From Candidatus Bruticola sp. (GTDB taxonomy: Bacteria > Vulcanimicrobiota > Xenobia > Xenobiales > Xenobiaceae): a DNA stretch of 64,000 nt. The notes under the pieces are model-generated. The model worked only from the letters and a program-made list of their open reading frames with translations, was not told the origin of the DNA and did not search any database. The stretch spans positions 52,216 through 116,215 of the forward strand of contig JBJEGD010000022.1 in NCBI GenBank assembly GCA_051874735.1, written 5' to 3'. The position numbers and the translations under genes were made by a program. Positions 49,961 to 59,797 of this stretch are shown here, piece by piece (position 1 is the first letter of the stretch; every line of letters begins with the position of its first letter).

Positions 49961-50668
49961 TTAAAGCTCCTTAAGAGCTCTGACTTCACTGTCACTTAAA
50001 TGCCGATACTTGCCACGAGGCAAATTGCCTATACAAATAGGTCCTAACTTTACTCTCTCTAGCCTCTTAACTTTGCAGCCTACAGCTGCCAGCATACGGC
50101 GAACTTGACGCTTACGCCCTTCATGAATCGTAAGCTGAACCTTATCCTCCGCCAAAATTTTCACCTTAGCAGGAGCAGTCCAACCATCGTCGAGGCAAAC
50201 TCCCTCCTCAAGGAAACGCATCTCGCGCTCCCCTGGAAGCACATCGACACATGCAACATATACTTTATCAACAAAACTGCTCGGGTGAAGCAGTTTATTA
50301 GTCAGAGCACCGTCATTGGTAAAAATAAGCAGTCCCTCAGTATCACGATCGAGCCTGCCTACAGGGTAAATACGAACAGGAATATCCTGCACAAATTCCA
50401 TGACGGTAGGACGATTAGCCTGATCTTTGACAGTAGAAACGAAGCCGCGGGGCTTATTGAGAACTATATAAATTCTCTTAGAACCAACCTTATTTATTTT
50501 TCCCCAACCAAGGACTTCAATATCATCGCAGTCAAGATCAGCCTTACTGCCTAAAGAAGCAGTCTGACCATTTACTTTGACTTGACCTCCGGAAATAAGG
50601 GACTCACAATGTCTACGAGATCCGACTCCGCCATCGGCCATAATCTTCTGTAAGCGTTCTGCGGTCAT
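49961..50668 (-). CDS. RNA pseudouridine synthase, RsuA/RluB family (S4 domain + catalytic domain)
   Basis: S4-like N-terminus (RLQKIMADGGVGSRRHCESLI). Catalytic GRLDRDTEGLLIFTNDG motif. Confidence 0.85.
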   Translation of the reverse strand: MTAERLQKIMADGGVGSRRHCESLISGGQVKVNGQTASLGSKADLDCDDIEVLGWGKINKVGSKRIYIVLNKPRGFVSTVKDQANRPTVMEFVQDIPVRIYPVGRLDRDTEGLLIFTNDGALTNKLLHPSSFVDKVYVACVDVLPGEREMRFLEEGVCLDDGWTAPAKVKILAEDKVQLTIHEGRKRQVRRMLAAVGCKVKRLERVKLGPICIGNLPRGKYRHLSDSEVRALKEL

Positions 50669-50702
50669 AAGAGGATGCGCCTACCAAAAAATTGGCAATA
50701 CT

Positions 50703-51128
50703 CTATTCCCAAACAGAAACGCGTATTTTACGAGCATTGGGATGATTACGATGCTCCCAGAGATAGATTCCCTGCCACTGTCCCATAGCCAGTTTGCCGT
50801 CGATGACGGGAATAGTTAAACAGACATTGGTTATAGCGGCTTTTATGTGAGAAGGCATGTCATCTTCGCCTTCTTCAACGTGTTTAAACCAATCGGCAAA
50901 GGGAACAGAACGCATCATCCACTCTTCGAGATCATGACGAGCGTTAGGGTCATGATTTTCCTGAATGCACAAACTGCAGGAGGTATGTAAAACGAATAAG
51001 TTGCACATACCATTTTCGATATTGCTGTGCTTGACAACATCGTTAATCTGCTGAGTAATGTTATAAAGCCCCTGGGCAGAGGCCTGATAAGAAACGACTT
51101 CTGAAAACATGATTGCTGCGCTTTCCAT
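50703..51128 (-). CDS. yjbQ: YjbQ/UPF0047-family secondary thiamine-phosphate synthase-like protein
   Basis: LFVLHTSCSL, DDMPSHIKAA, GQWQGIYLWEHR closely match the YjbQ family consensus. Confidence 0.8.
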   Translation of the reverse strand: MESAAIMFSEVVSYQASAQGLYNITQQINDVVKHSNIENGMCNLFVLHTSCSLCIQENHDPNARHDLEEWMMRSVPFADWFKHVEEGEDDMPSHIKAAITNVCLTIPVIDGKLAMGQWQGIYLWEHRNHPNARKIRVSVWE

Positions 51129-51330
51129 TAAAATAACCTTAATCCTTCAAGTGATACAAAATTTTATCTAACAGTTTGTGAGTTATTTAGTCTAAATAGC
51201 CTTACAATAGAGCGATAATAAGCAAGTATGATCTTCAATTATCAGTAAAACCTTCATAAAATCCGCTAGGATATAGAGGCAAGTTATAGAAAAGTCGTAA
51301 GCTAATTTTTAGAATTGGATATTAGATTCT

Positions 51331-52584
51331 ATGGCCATTGCTCCTAATAATAGGCTCCATTTAAACTCTCAAGATATTACCCGCTGGGATCTTTTTGCTT
51401 GCGTGGCGGGACGTCCGGAAGGAATTGCTTTAACTAGGCTAGCCCACATACTACACGTAGATCGCGAACGATCCCTCATAGTTCCTCTAGGAGCTCTAGA
51501 AGATGAAGGTTTAATTGTATGCGATAGCCGCGATCATTACATATTAAACAATAAATCTCAGATAGCTAAAAACCTGCGTCAAACCTTGGCTTTCGCTTTA
51601 GCTTCTGATTGCGACTACAACGTTTATTTTTCAGATAAAATGATTGCTTTCTTGAAAAAGGCCTATCGCAGTGACTATTTCAATAACAGAGATGTCCCTC
51701 CTGAGCTTATGGATCCAGAACTTCTCTGCCGTTTAGTGGACAATGCTTTGTTGCTCATATACAGTTACGAGCCTTTTACAGGTCGCATGGTAGAAAATAT
51801 TTTCCTAGACGGGCTTTGCGATTACCTAAAGATTAAACGAGTTAAGTCATTCTTCTTTAGACGCAAAGTGCCCTTAGAGCAGTTTCTAGAGGGACGAACC
51901 GAAAATTTTCAAGATCCCAACAGCCCGCAGCTAAAAGCAGCCATGGAACTTTTCCATAACAAAAATTTAATCGGCCGTAATTGGGGTTTGCCCACTCTTG
52001 GCAAAGAAATTCGCGAGAGCGTAGAAAAAGAAGATTCAGAGATGTTCGATCCTTCTTCTAAAGCCTGTTACGAACACTCTTGGGAAAAGATGCATGAGTA
52101 CAGCAGAGAAGGACGCCAACTAACCGTCGATATGCTGCGCGAATACCATCAGTTATCTATGGCTAACACTGATTTCGGTGGCATTTATCGAGATCACGAA
52201 GTTATGATTGCCAATAATCCTAACTTTAAACCGGCCCCCATTAATGAAATTCCCCAGCGTTTGGAACAGTTGGTCGATTATTTAGCTCAAAGCTCTCCTT
52301 CCACATTTGAAGAGGCTCTTGATCTGTGTGCTTACGCCTATAATGAATTTGTACATATTCATCCTTTCCAAGACGGAAATAGCCGCACTGCCAGAGTAGT
52401 GCTAGGTCATATGCTCAATTTACTACATATGCCATTTGAAGAGATTCCTAGCAGTTTTTCTGCTCGTTTTCTCATCGTCACGAAAGGTTTAGAAAAGCGC
52501 AACGATAAAGAAGTAAAATATGTGTTGGAAGAAATTTACTTAAACTGTATGAATCGCAAAGAACTCAGCCAAGTAATAAATTAG
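51331..52584 (+). CDS. Fic-domain protein (variant Fic motif) with large N-terminal domain
   Basis: HPFQDGNSRTAR matches HxFx(D/E)GNGRxxR except GNSR in place of GNGR. ~330 aa upstream region unassigned. Confidence 0.7.
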   Translation: MAIAPNNRLHLNSQDITRWDLFACVAGRPEGIALTRLAHILHVDRERSLIVPLGALEDEGLIVCDSRDHYILNNKSQIAKNLRQTLAFALASDCDYNVYFSDKMIAFLKKAYRSDYFNNRDVPPELMDPELLCRLVDNALLLIYSYEPFTGRMVENIFLDGLCDYLKIKRVKSFFFRRKVPLEQFLEGRTENFQDPNSPQLKAAMELFHNKNLIGRNWGLPTLGKEIRESVEKEDSEMFDPSSKACYEHSWEKMHEYSREGRQLTVDMLREYHQLSMANTDFGGIYRDHEVMIANNPNFKPAPINEIPQRLEQLVDYLAQSSPSTFEEALDLCAYAYNEFVHIHPFQDGNSRTARVVLGHMLNLLHMPFEEIPSSFSARFLIVTKGLEKRNDKEVKYVLEEIYLNCMNRKELSQVIN

Positions 52585-52949
52585 CTTGGGCTTTTTAACT
52601 CACGATTACGTATACTTCACTGTAAAATTTGGGCCTATGAATTGCGGTTCAATTCACAGGCCCAAATTTATTATCTTCAGCGACCATAATTGGCTCCAAA
52701 GCGGCAGCTTAGTATAAATTTAGATATAATGCCAACGTACGCGCCAGTGTAAGCACTGAATATGACTAACCGTACAAAATATCACTGCGGTTAAACAAAT
52801 CTTCATTTGTTATAATTGAGTCCGCAGTAATTATTTTCTAAAAGCTTAAGCGTATTATACTTTGTGAGAAAACAACCTAAATTATAGAAATTTAAGGATA
52901 ATAGCAAAAAAACTTTATTCTTAATCATATTTAATTCCTAACATAAAAC

Positions 52950-53969
52950 TTATTGATAGGCAAAAAATATGGTATGACGATCACAATTAACGGAACCTAA
53001 AACTGAAGGAACTGTCAAAGCCCGACAGACGAATCCTAAATGCTGCAATCTCCCAATAAAGCTGCTATCTTGACCTACAGACCACACAGATAAAACGCCT
53101 CCAGGATTCAGGTGCTCACCTATTTCCTTTAAACCTGTTTCACTATACAAAGTATGGTTAGCCATTTGGGTAGTAGGCTCCGGACCGTTATCAACATCGA
53201 GCATAATTACATCCCAATTTTGCGAACGTACCGCTTCTCTGACGTCACCTATAAACAAATGGGCTCTAGGATCACGCAAAGGGAAGTCGGCTAATTTTCC
53301 CAATATTCCTCTATTCCAATCGGCCACACAATTCATAAGTTCAGCCACCACAACCTGACTGGCTTGGGGAAAAGCTCTCAAAGCAGCTTTCAAAGTATAA
53401 CCCAGCCCCAACCCGCCGATCAAAACATTTAAAGAGTCAAAACTCTTTTCTATAAAATCGTCATGCCAGCCATCCTGAAAGGCTAGTTTAGATAAACGAT
53501 CAAGCCCGCCATTATTCATATTTTGCAAATCGTTATGCAACAACGCACACAGATAAGCCATAAGCTCTTCAGAACCGTGCTGTCCACTAGCCATCAGCTC
53601 TATTCCATCTACAAAAATAGCTAATTCCTCGCCGCAGCGCAATAACTCCATAGTAGTATATTCTGGAGTAATTGCTCTATCTAGACAGTCCCAACAGTCA
53701 GCAGCAGGTCTATTTGTCCTAATAGAAGATTGAGAGGACAATTTTTTAGGCTCTTTTTCTAAAACAATTCTTGCAGAGCTAGGCAGCGCTCTCTCCACAA
53801 AATCGGTGCCAGCAGCTTGCTTATTCAGCCATTGCTGAGCTTCCGTACTCAACTCATCGTACAAGGCAGCATTAGGTTGAACGCAGTGCTTATGATTTTC
53901 CTCTTTTCGACGATGTTCTAACTCAGCTGCACTAAAACTATAATCATCAAAATGACGGTGCTTACTCAT
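52950..53969 (-). CDS. Spermidine/spermine synthase-like (PABS-family) protein with N-terminal extension
   Basis: VLIGGLGLGYTLKAALRAF Rossmann glycine loop. DVIMLDVDNGPE resembles the PABS/polyamine aminopropyltransferase acidic motif. Confidence 0.5.
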   Translation of the reverse strand: MSKHRHFDDYSFSAAELEHRRKEENHKHCVQPNAALYDELSTEAQQWLNKQAAGTDFVERALPSSARIVLEKEPKKLSSQSSIRTNRPAADCWDCLDRAITPEYTTMELLRCGEELAIFVDGIELMASGQHGSEELMAYLCALLHNDLQNMNNGGLDRLSKLAFQDGWHDDFIEKSFDSLNVLIGGLGLGYTLKAALRAFPQASQVVVAELMNCVADWNRGILGKLADFPLRDPRAHLFIGDVREAVRSQNWDVIMLDVDNGPEPTTQMANHTLYSETGLKEIGEHLNPGGVLSVWSVGQDSSFIGRLQHLGFVCRALTVPSVLGSVNCDRHTIFFAYQ

Positions 53970-53972
53970 TAC

Positions 53973-56039
53973 TTAAATACGATGGAACAGACGTTCCAGC
54001 ATCTTTTCTTCTAAGATAATCCTGGTAGGGCGTCCATGAGGACAATAAAGTGAATGCTCTACCTGAAGCATACTGTTTACTAACCCCTCCATAGCTTCTG
54101 AGCTTAAGATGTCGCCAGCTTTGACAGCCGCTTTGCAGCTAGCCATAGCTCTAATTTTTTCTCGCAACAATTCTGCAGTACTGCTGCGCACAGATATCAA
54201 TTCGTGGGCTAGTTCCTCTACTAATTCAGCAAAAGTCGCTGCAGCCTGGCTAGCTGGTAAAGAAGAAGGGACTCCGCGCAAAGCAAAACTATTGGGGCCA
54301 AAATTGTCTACTTCGTAGCCGTACTCACGAAAACTATCCAGACTATTCTGCAAAAATTGACTGACATCGGGAGAGAAATCAACAATTTCGGGAATGAGCA
54401 ACCCTTGAGAGCGTTCGCTTAAAACTTTTATATGGGCTAAATTTTCGTAATTTACACGTTCTTGAGCCGTATGCTGGTCTACCAACCAAAGTTTTCCTTC
54501 ATAGACGCCAACTATAAAAGTTTTGTAAACCTGACCTAAAACTTTAAACTTACTGACACTTGAAGAGCCTTTCCAAAATTCAGCCTGTGCTACTTGCTTA
54601 AAATTTTCATTGCGTGCAGAACTATCACAGATAGAGTTAACTGGCTCAGCTTCAGACTTAAAGCCCCCGCTTTGACCTTCATATGCTACCTCTTCATTCT
54701 GAGGCTCTTCTGCTTTATAAGGAGCGTAAAGTTCTAAGGCTGCTCCAGACTCGGCAGCAGAAAGACGCATATTAAGCAAGCGTTTATCGGCCACGCGGCT
54801 AAGCTCACGCACAGGCAAAGAAGGCCTGGAACCAGATGCGCCCGCAAGAGCAACTGGACCATAGTTACAAGCGGAGTTGAATTGGCTATTGCTGCCTCCT
54901 GGCGATGCAGAAACAGCAGCTGCTGGAACATCCTTTTCAGTTTCAGTCGGCAATAATGACGATCCACTTGCAGGAGAAGGGCTTTGCTTATTAACTTGAC
55001 GCGCTAAAAAATTAAAATGTTTCGGCAACACACTGTCGGCTTTATAATTTTCCAAGGCCTGACTGACAGCACGGTAAATAAGGGAAAAGACAGGTCGCGG
55101 ATCGGCAAAGCGCACTTCCAATTTAGCGGGATGAACATTTACGTCTACAAAAGCTGGATCTACACTTAAACGAATCATACCAACTGGGAATTTGCCCTTC
55201 TCAATAAGAGGACCGAATCCCTCAGTTAGTGCTTGAGACAAACTTTGAGAGCGTATAATTCTGCCATTCATAACAAAAAGTTGGCAGGTACGGTTATTCT
55301 TAGCAGTGCTGGGCTTAGCGATAAACCCATCTAAACTTATGCCCTCATTATTGGCGAATACTTGTATAAAATCGTTTTTATCCAGCTTCCATAGCTTAGT
55401 AAGCCGCTTGTCGCTGCTCATATCAGCAGAGAACGAAAAAACTTCTTTTCCATTGGAAGTTAAAGAAAAAGCTACTTCAGGCCAAGCAGCAGCTAAACGG
55501 CCTAAAAGATCGGTAATCTGAGCACTTTCCGCGCTAGCTGACCGCAAAAATTTTAGACGAGCCGGCGTATTAAAAAAAAGATCACGCACCGTAATGCGGG
55601 TCCCAGGAACGGCAGCACAAACACTAATTTCGGGTTCAGAAGCCCCTTCCATAGTCAAAAGAGTGCCTTCTAAATCGCCCGATTGGCAGGTGCGTATTTC
55701 TAAGCGGGACACAGCCGCAATGCTGGGTAGAGCTTCTCCTCTAAACCCTAAAGTATATAAATTATCAAGATCTTCCCAATCTTTTATTTTAGAAGTAGCA
55801 AAACGCTGCACTGATAAACGGACATCTTCGGAGTTCATGCCGCATCCGTCGTCGACAACCTGCATCAACTCTCGACCGCCGCCTCTTATATTGACACTAA
55901 CCCTACTTGACGAAGCGTCTAGAGCATTCTCCACTAACTCCTTAATTACAGAGGCCGGACGGTCTACAACCTCGCCGGCAGCAATGCGCTCATAAACGCT
56001 TTTTTCCAAAAGACGTACTCTAGGCTGCCTATCATCCAT
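53973..56039 (-). CDS. mutL: DNA mismatch repair protein MutL
   Basis: GHKL ATPase N-terminus YERIAAGEVVDRPASVIKELVENALDA. Conserved C-terminal dimerisation domain. Confidence 0.9.
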   Translation of the reverse strand: MDDRQPRVRLLEKSVYERIAAGEVVDRPASVIKELVENALDASSSRVSVNIRGGGRELMQVVDDGCGMNSEDVRLSVQRFATSKIKDWEDLDNLYTLGFRGEALPSIAAVSRLEIRTCQSGDLEGTLLTMEGASEPEISVCAAVPGTRITVRDLFFNTPARLKFLRSASAESAQITDLLGRLAAAWPEVAFSLTSNGKEVFSFSADMSSDKRLTKLWKLDKNDFIQVFANNEGISLDGFIAKPSTAKNNRTCQLFVMNGRIIRSQSLSQALTEGFGPLIEKGKFPVGMIRLSVDPAFVDVNVHPAKLEVRFADPRPVFSLIYRAVSQALENYKADSVLPKHFNFLARQVNKQSPSPASGSSLLPTETEKDVPAAAVSASPGGSNSQFNSACNYGPVALAGASGSRPSLPVRELSRVADKRLLNMRLSAAESGAALELYAPYKAEEPQNEEVAYEGQSGGFKSEAEPVNSICDSSARNENFKQVAQAEFWKGSSSVSKFKVLGQVYKTFIVGVYEGKLWLVDQHTAQERVNYENLAHIKVLSERSQGLLIPEIVDFSPDVSQFLQNSLDSFREYGYEVDNFGPNSFALRGVPSSLPASQAAATFAELVEELAHELISVRSSTAELLREKIRAMASCKAAVKAGDILSSEAMEGLVNSMLQVEHSLYCPHGRPTRIILEEKMLERLFHRI

Positions 56040-56138
56040 AGATTCAAAACAGACTCTTCTTTCCTAATTTTGCTATTTTTCTAATTAAAAAAATACAGGC
56101 ACTACAGCCACACTTTGTACAAGCGCCTAAATAAAATA

Positions 56139-56945
56139 TTATAGCAGCTGATCTACTCTCACTAATTGGAAGCCACGCTGACGCAATCCCCTAATAATCG
56201 CGGGCAAAGCAGCCACCGTTTGACTGCGATCCCCTCCTCCATCGTGAAGAAGAACTATATCTCCTGACTGAGCTTGAGAAATAACTCTTTGAGCAATTAC
56301 TTCTGCACCGGGAAGCTGCCAATCGCGAGGGCAGTTAGACCAAAGAACCGCTAATTGACGCAAATCATATCCATCTTTTAAGTTCCAAGGGTAACGCATA
56401 CCGTAAGGGGGACGGTAATAGCGATTCTTTTCACCTAAAACGGCTTCTAAGGCTAATCCCCCTTCAAGAATTTCCTGACGGGCCCGGCTGGGAGTGCATC
56501 CCAAAAAATTACAGTGAGAAAAACTATGCGATCCCAATAAATGACCGCCTTCTTTAATTTTTTTAACTAAATCTGGATATTCAAGCACATGAGTACCAAC
56601 ACAAAAGAAAGAAGCTTCTGCTTTTTCTTGAGCCAGCACGTCGAGAATTTGGGGAGTATTTAACGGATGAGGTCCGTCATCGAATGTCAAGGCTATTTTG
56701 CGGCTGTCACGCAATCCACAAGAAAACACTTCTCCGTAAAGAGAAGAACTAACATTGACACAAGGTTCAAGTAAAGCCCCTAAAGTAAGCACTGCACTAT
56801 AAGTGCCCCAAAAAAGCGAGGCTTTCCTAATTTTTTTAGGACACAGAGCCCACGCTCCAAGTGTCAGCAGCCCGGTGCCTATACAATAGGCAGCTTGATA
56901 ATTATCGTATATCCAATCGCGTATGTCGTCACTACAAAAATTCAT
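56139..56945 (-). CDS. Polysaccharide deacetylase (NodB-homology, CE4) with N-terminal TM
   Basis: TFDDGP (Asp motif), HSFSH (His motif), LLHDGG. Confidence 0.8.
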   Translation of the reverse strand: MNFCSDDIRDWIYDNYQAAYCIGTGLLTLGAWALCPKKIRKASLFWGTYSAVLTLGALLEPCVNVSSSLYGEVFSCGLRDSRKIALTFDDGPHPLNTPQILDVLAQEKAEASFFCVGTHVLEYPDLVKKIKEGGHLLGSHSFSHCNFLGCTPSRARQEILEGGLALEAVLGEKNRYYRPPYGMRYPWNLKDGYDLRQLAVLWSNCPRDWQLPGAEVIAQRVISQAQSGDIVLLHDGGGDRSQTVAALPAIIRGLRQRGFQLVRVDQLL

Positions 56946-57171
56946 CTCTATTGCTACCCTGTGCAGACTATTACTTTACTGTCGAAATCGTTATTTAAAA
57001 ATGAACTAGATGAACAAAACAGCGGCTAAAAGTTTTATACTTTTTAGCCGCCTCCTGCTCAGCTAATAGTTCTTCTTGGCAATTGTCCACAGGGGGAAAT
57101 ACTTTTTGGAATAGCGAAGAACAGGGCGGGATCATCGGCAAAGCTTCGAATGGGAGGTAGAACTAACGCAT

Positions 57172-57558
57172 ATGAGTAATGATGATCGTTTCGCCTCTAG
57201 GGGCAAAACTCAGGAGCAACTAGCTGGAAAGAGCAGCGATCTTAAAATTAAAGGCGTAGAAGAGCACGAGAGAAAACTGCTAGAGCAGATGCGCAATAAA
57301 AGAAAGCAACAGGAAGCGCATAAAGCCAGTCTGGAGCAAGGCGGCCCCAGTCCTGAGACAGCGGCCAACGTTCACTATATGAAGTGCCCTGAATGTGGTT
57401 TTGATCTTAAACCGAGCAATATCGAAGAATTAGGCATGTCCCTGCCCAAATGTGCTAATTGTGGCGGTGTATTCGTAAGCAAAGAAAAAATCGCTTCTAT
57501 GAAAGAAAGATCTGGCGTTTTAGGACGTCTGAGTAAAATATTTGGCAGCAGCAAATAA
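57172..57558 (+). CDS. Small zinc-ribbon protein with N-terminal coiled coil
   Basis: CPECGFDLKP...CANCGGVFV C4 ribbon. Charged helical N-terminus. Confidence 0.4.
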   Translation: MSNDDRFASRGKTQEQLAGKSSDLKIKGVEEHERKLLEQMRNKRKQQEAHKASLEQGGPSPETAANVHYMKCPECGFDLKPSNIEELGMSLPKCANCGGVFVSKEKIASMKERSGVLGRLSKIFGSSK

Positions 57559-57567
57559 AGCCTAAGA

Positions 57568-57630
57568 GAACCGACGCCGGATACATGTCAATAAGTCATT
57601 TATTTGACGGCGTCGGTTCTTTTTATTTTT
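57568..57630 (+). terminator. Rho-independent terminator
   Basis: gaaccgacgccg ... cggcgtcggttc, 12-bp perfect stem, ~28-nt loop, followed by tttttattttt. Confidence 0.55.
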
Positions 57631-57653
57631 GTTACAGAAAACAGCCGTTGCCT

Positions 57654-58724
57654 TTATATCCAAACTTGACGAAATATCTCCTGTAAGTCTGGCTCACTTG
57701 CAGCAGCCAAAAACTTTAGTTCTGCTTCCGCTTCAGCTAGGCAAAATTTACGAGACAAATATCTTTGACGTTCCAAGCAGCGACGACTTGCATAATCAAT
57801 TTTTAGACCGTTCAGAGGTAAAGCCAACCGACTGCAAGCCCAATGCACTAATCTAGCCTGAGCAGCCAAATGAAAGCAACTAAATTTTACCTCCTGACTA
57901 CGCAAACGTTCATAAAATCGACTAAATTTAATCGGATCTAGTCTAGGACCGAACCCGTCTCCTTCTCCAACAGAAATATACTGCCCCTGTATACCTCTCT
58001 CAAGCTTGCTTTTCAACATAGTGTAATGAAACTTCAACGCCGCGCTCTCGATGTCTGCCCCACCTTTAACAAGTAAATAATGGCGTTCCAAAAATTCCAA
58101 ATAATTCCACAGCTTCAATGCAGATCGGTAACAAGAAAACTTAGACAAACAAAAATTGTAAGCAGCCTTCAATGTCATGAGGCGTTCATCTTCTAGTTCT
58201 TTAAGATATGAGTGACGCCATATTGTCTTTACAATGTCCAGTCCAGCTTTTAGATATTGGACGACACTGGATATTTTTGACTGACATAATTGCTCCAACC
58301 GACTAACCACGTAATTAGGAGTATTAAGCTTGACACCGTGAAATCCGAGTAACAGATTTGAGGCCATATCTCTGAGTTGTCCAACTTTAAAGGGTTTAAA
58401 AATTAGGCCGTCTAGTTGGGCTTCTTTAAATTGCTCCAGATAGCCTTCGAAGACGGCTGTCAGCAAGATCTGCTTCTGGTTGGGATATTTTGCTTTACAG
58501 CAGCGCATAATATGAAGAAGCTCGCCAACTTGAGCATTGCCATTTACAACTAACAAATCTGCGCGACAGTCCAATAAATAAGAGGCTAGCTGTGAGGAAC
58601 GCCCTTTAAGACGAATTATTTTTCCGGCCAAGTTTTGCAAAGTGCAAAAAAGCAAATCTCCTATAGCAGAATCTTGATCGCAAAGAACAATGACAGATGT
58701 ATTAGACACGCACTTTTCCCCCAC
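57654..58724 (-). CDS. Pseudo-receiver (CheY-like) domain protein with unassigned C-terminal domain
   Basis: Receiver-like fold: acidic pair CDQDS, conserved Thr (LLTAV), Lys (IFKPF). The phospho-acceptor position reads LLVVNGN, with Asn where Asp is expected. Confidence 0.45.
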   Translation of the reverse strand: MGEKCVSNTSVIVLCDQDSAIGDLLFCTLQNLAGKIIRLKGRSSQLASYLLDCRADLLVVNGNAQVGELLHIMRCCKAKYPNQKQILLTAVFEGYLEQFKEAQLDGLIFKPFKVGQLRDMASNLLLGFHGVKLNTPNYVVSRLEQLCQSKISSVVQYLKAGLDIVKTIWRHSYLKELEDERLMTLKAAYNFCLSKFSCYRSALKLWNYLEFLERHYLLVKGGADIESAALKFHYTMLKSKLERGIQGQYISVGEGDGFGPRLDPIKFSRFYERLRSQEVKFSCFHLAAQARLVHWACSRLALPLNGLKIDYASRRCLERQRYLSRKFCLAEAEAELKFLAAASEPDLQEIFRQVWI

Positions 58725-58738
58725 ATTTTAAATCGTAG

Positions 58739-59797
58739 TTAAACTAATTGATAAATAAATTCATAAAGCGGTGCAAACATAGCAAAAAGCACTGCGGCGG
58801 TAATTCCTCCCATCAAGGCCAACAGTATAGGTTCAATTAAGACTGACAATTTATCAATATCGAATTTAATCTGATCATTATAAAAATGGCTGAGCCGATC
58901 TAAAACATTATCAAGACAGCTAGACTCAGTTCCTACATTCAAAGCGCTTATAAAAGATGAAGAGAAGTAACCTCCTGACTGCAACGCTCGGCGTAATTCT
59001 GCCCCCTCCTCAATTTCTAAAGCAGCCAGTTCTAAAGCCGCTGCCAACGGATAATTATCTAAAGACAAGCCCACAAGCTGCAAAGAACTATTCAAAGGTA
59101 AACCGCTGCGTACCAGCATAGCCATAGTATGACAAAAACGAGCTGTGACAATATTTTTAACTATTTTACCTAATAGTGGAATATGCAAAACCAAAATTTG
59201 TCCTTGACGTTTGGCTAATGCTGACCAGCGGCACAATTTAAAAAGAGCGGATATTCCCAAAAAACATACTCCAAAAAATATCCAAAACAGCGAGTTTTGC
59301 AACATATTCAACCCAAATAGTAATACAGACGTAGGCCAAGGCAAACTAGTTATAGACGAAAAGATGGGAGAAAATGAAGGCATAATGTAAACTGACATTA
59401 CAATACTGAGCGCCACAAAAATGCAGCAGACAGTACAAGGATACTGAAGAGCTCCTTTGAGCCGACGCTTCATATATAGTTCGAATGAAAAAAACTCAGA
59501 AATATATAAACAAATTTCGGCTACAGAGCAAGAAGCCTCTCCAGCTCTGATAAGTCCAGTCTCTATCATTTCAAAATAACTGGGATGAGAACTCCAAATT
59601 TGAGTTAAACTTTCTCCACGGCTAACCGCTTCAGCAGCCTCATACCAAACCTGCTTATCCTTGTAATATTTACAACAGTCGGCTGCTGATTCAAAAGCTT
59701 TTACAATTGGCACCCCAGAGCCCAACATAACTCCTAATTGACGGTATAGAAAGATTTTTTCCATAATTATTACCTCCAGCTTATTTTGCTGAAACAA
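58739..59797 (-). CDS. Type II secretion / type IV pilus platform protein (GspF/PilC family)
   Basis: Two T2SSF-type repeats: LYRQLGVMLGSGVPIVKAFE, MLVRSGLPLNSSL, EPILLALMGGITAAVLFAMFAPL. Confidence 0.7.
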   Translation of the reverse strand: MFQQNKLEVIIMEKIFLYRQLGVMLGSGVPIVKAFESAADCCKYYKDKQVWYEAAEAVSRGESLTQIWSSHPSYFEMIETGLIRAGEASCSVAEICLYISEFFSFELYMKRRLKGALQYPCTVCCIFVALSIVMSVYIMPSFSPIFSSITSLPWPTSVLLFGLNMLQNSLFWIFFGVCFLGISALFKLCRWSALAKRQGQILVLHIPLLGKIVKNIVTARFCHTMAMLVRSGLPLNSSLQLVGLSLDNYPLAAALELAALEIEEGAELRRALQSGGYFSSSFISALNVGTESSCLDNVLDRLSHFYNDQIKFDIDKLSVLIEPILLALMGGITAAVLFAMFAPLYEFIYQLV

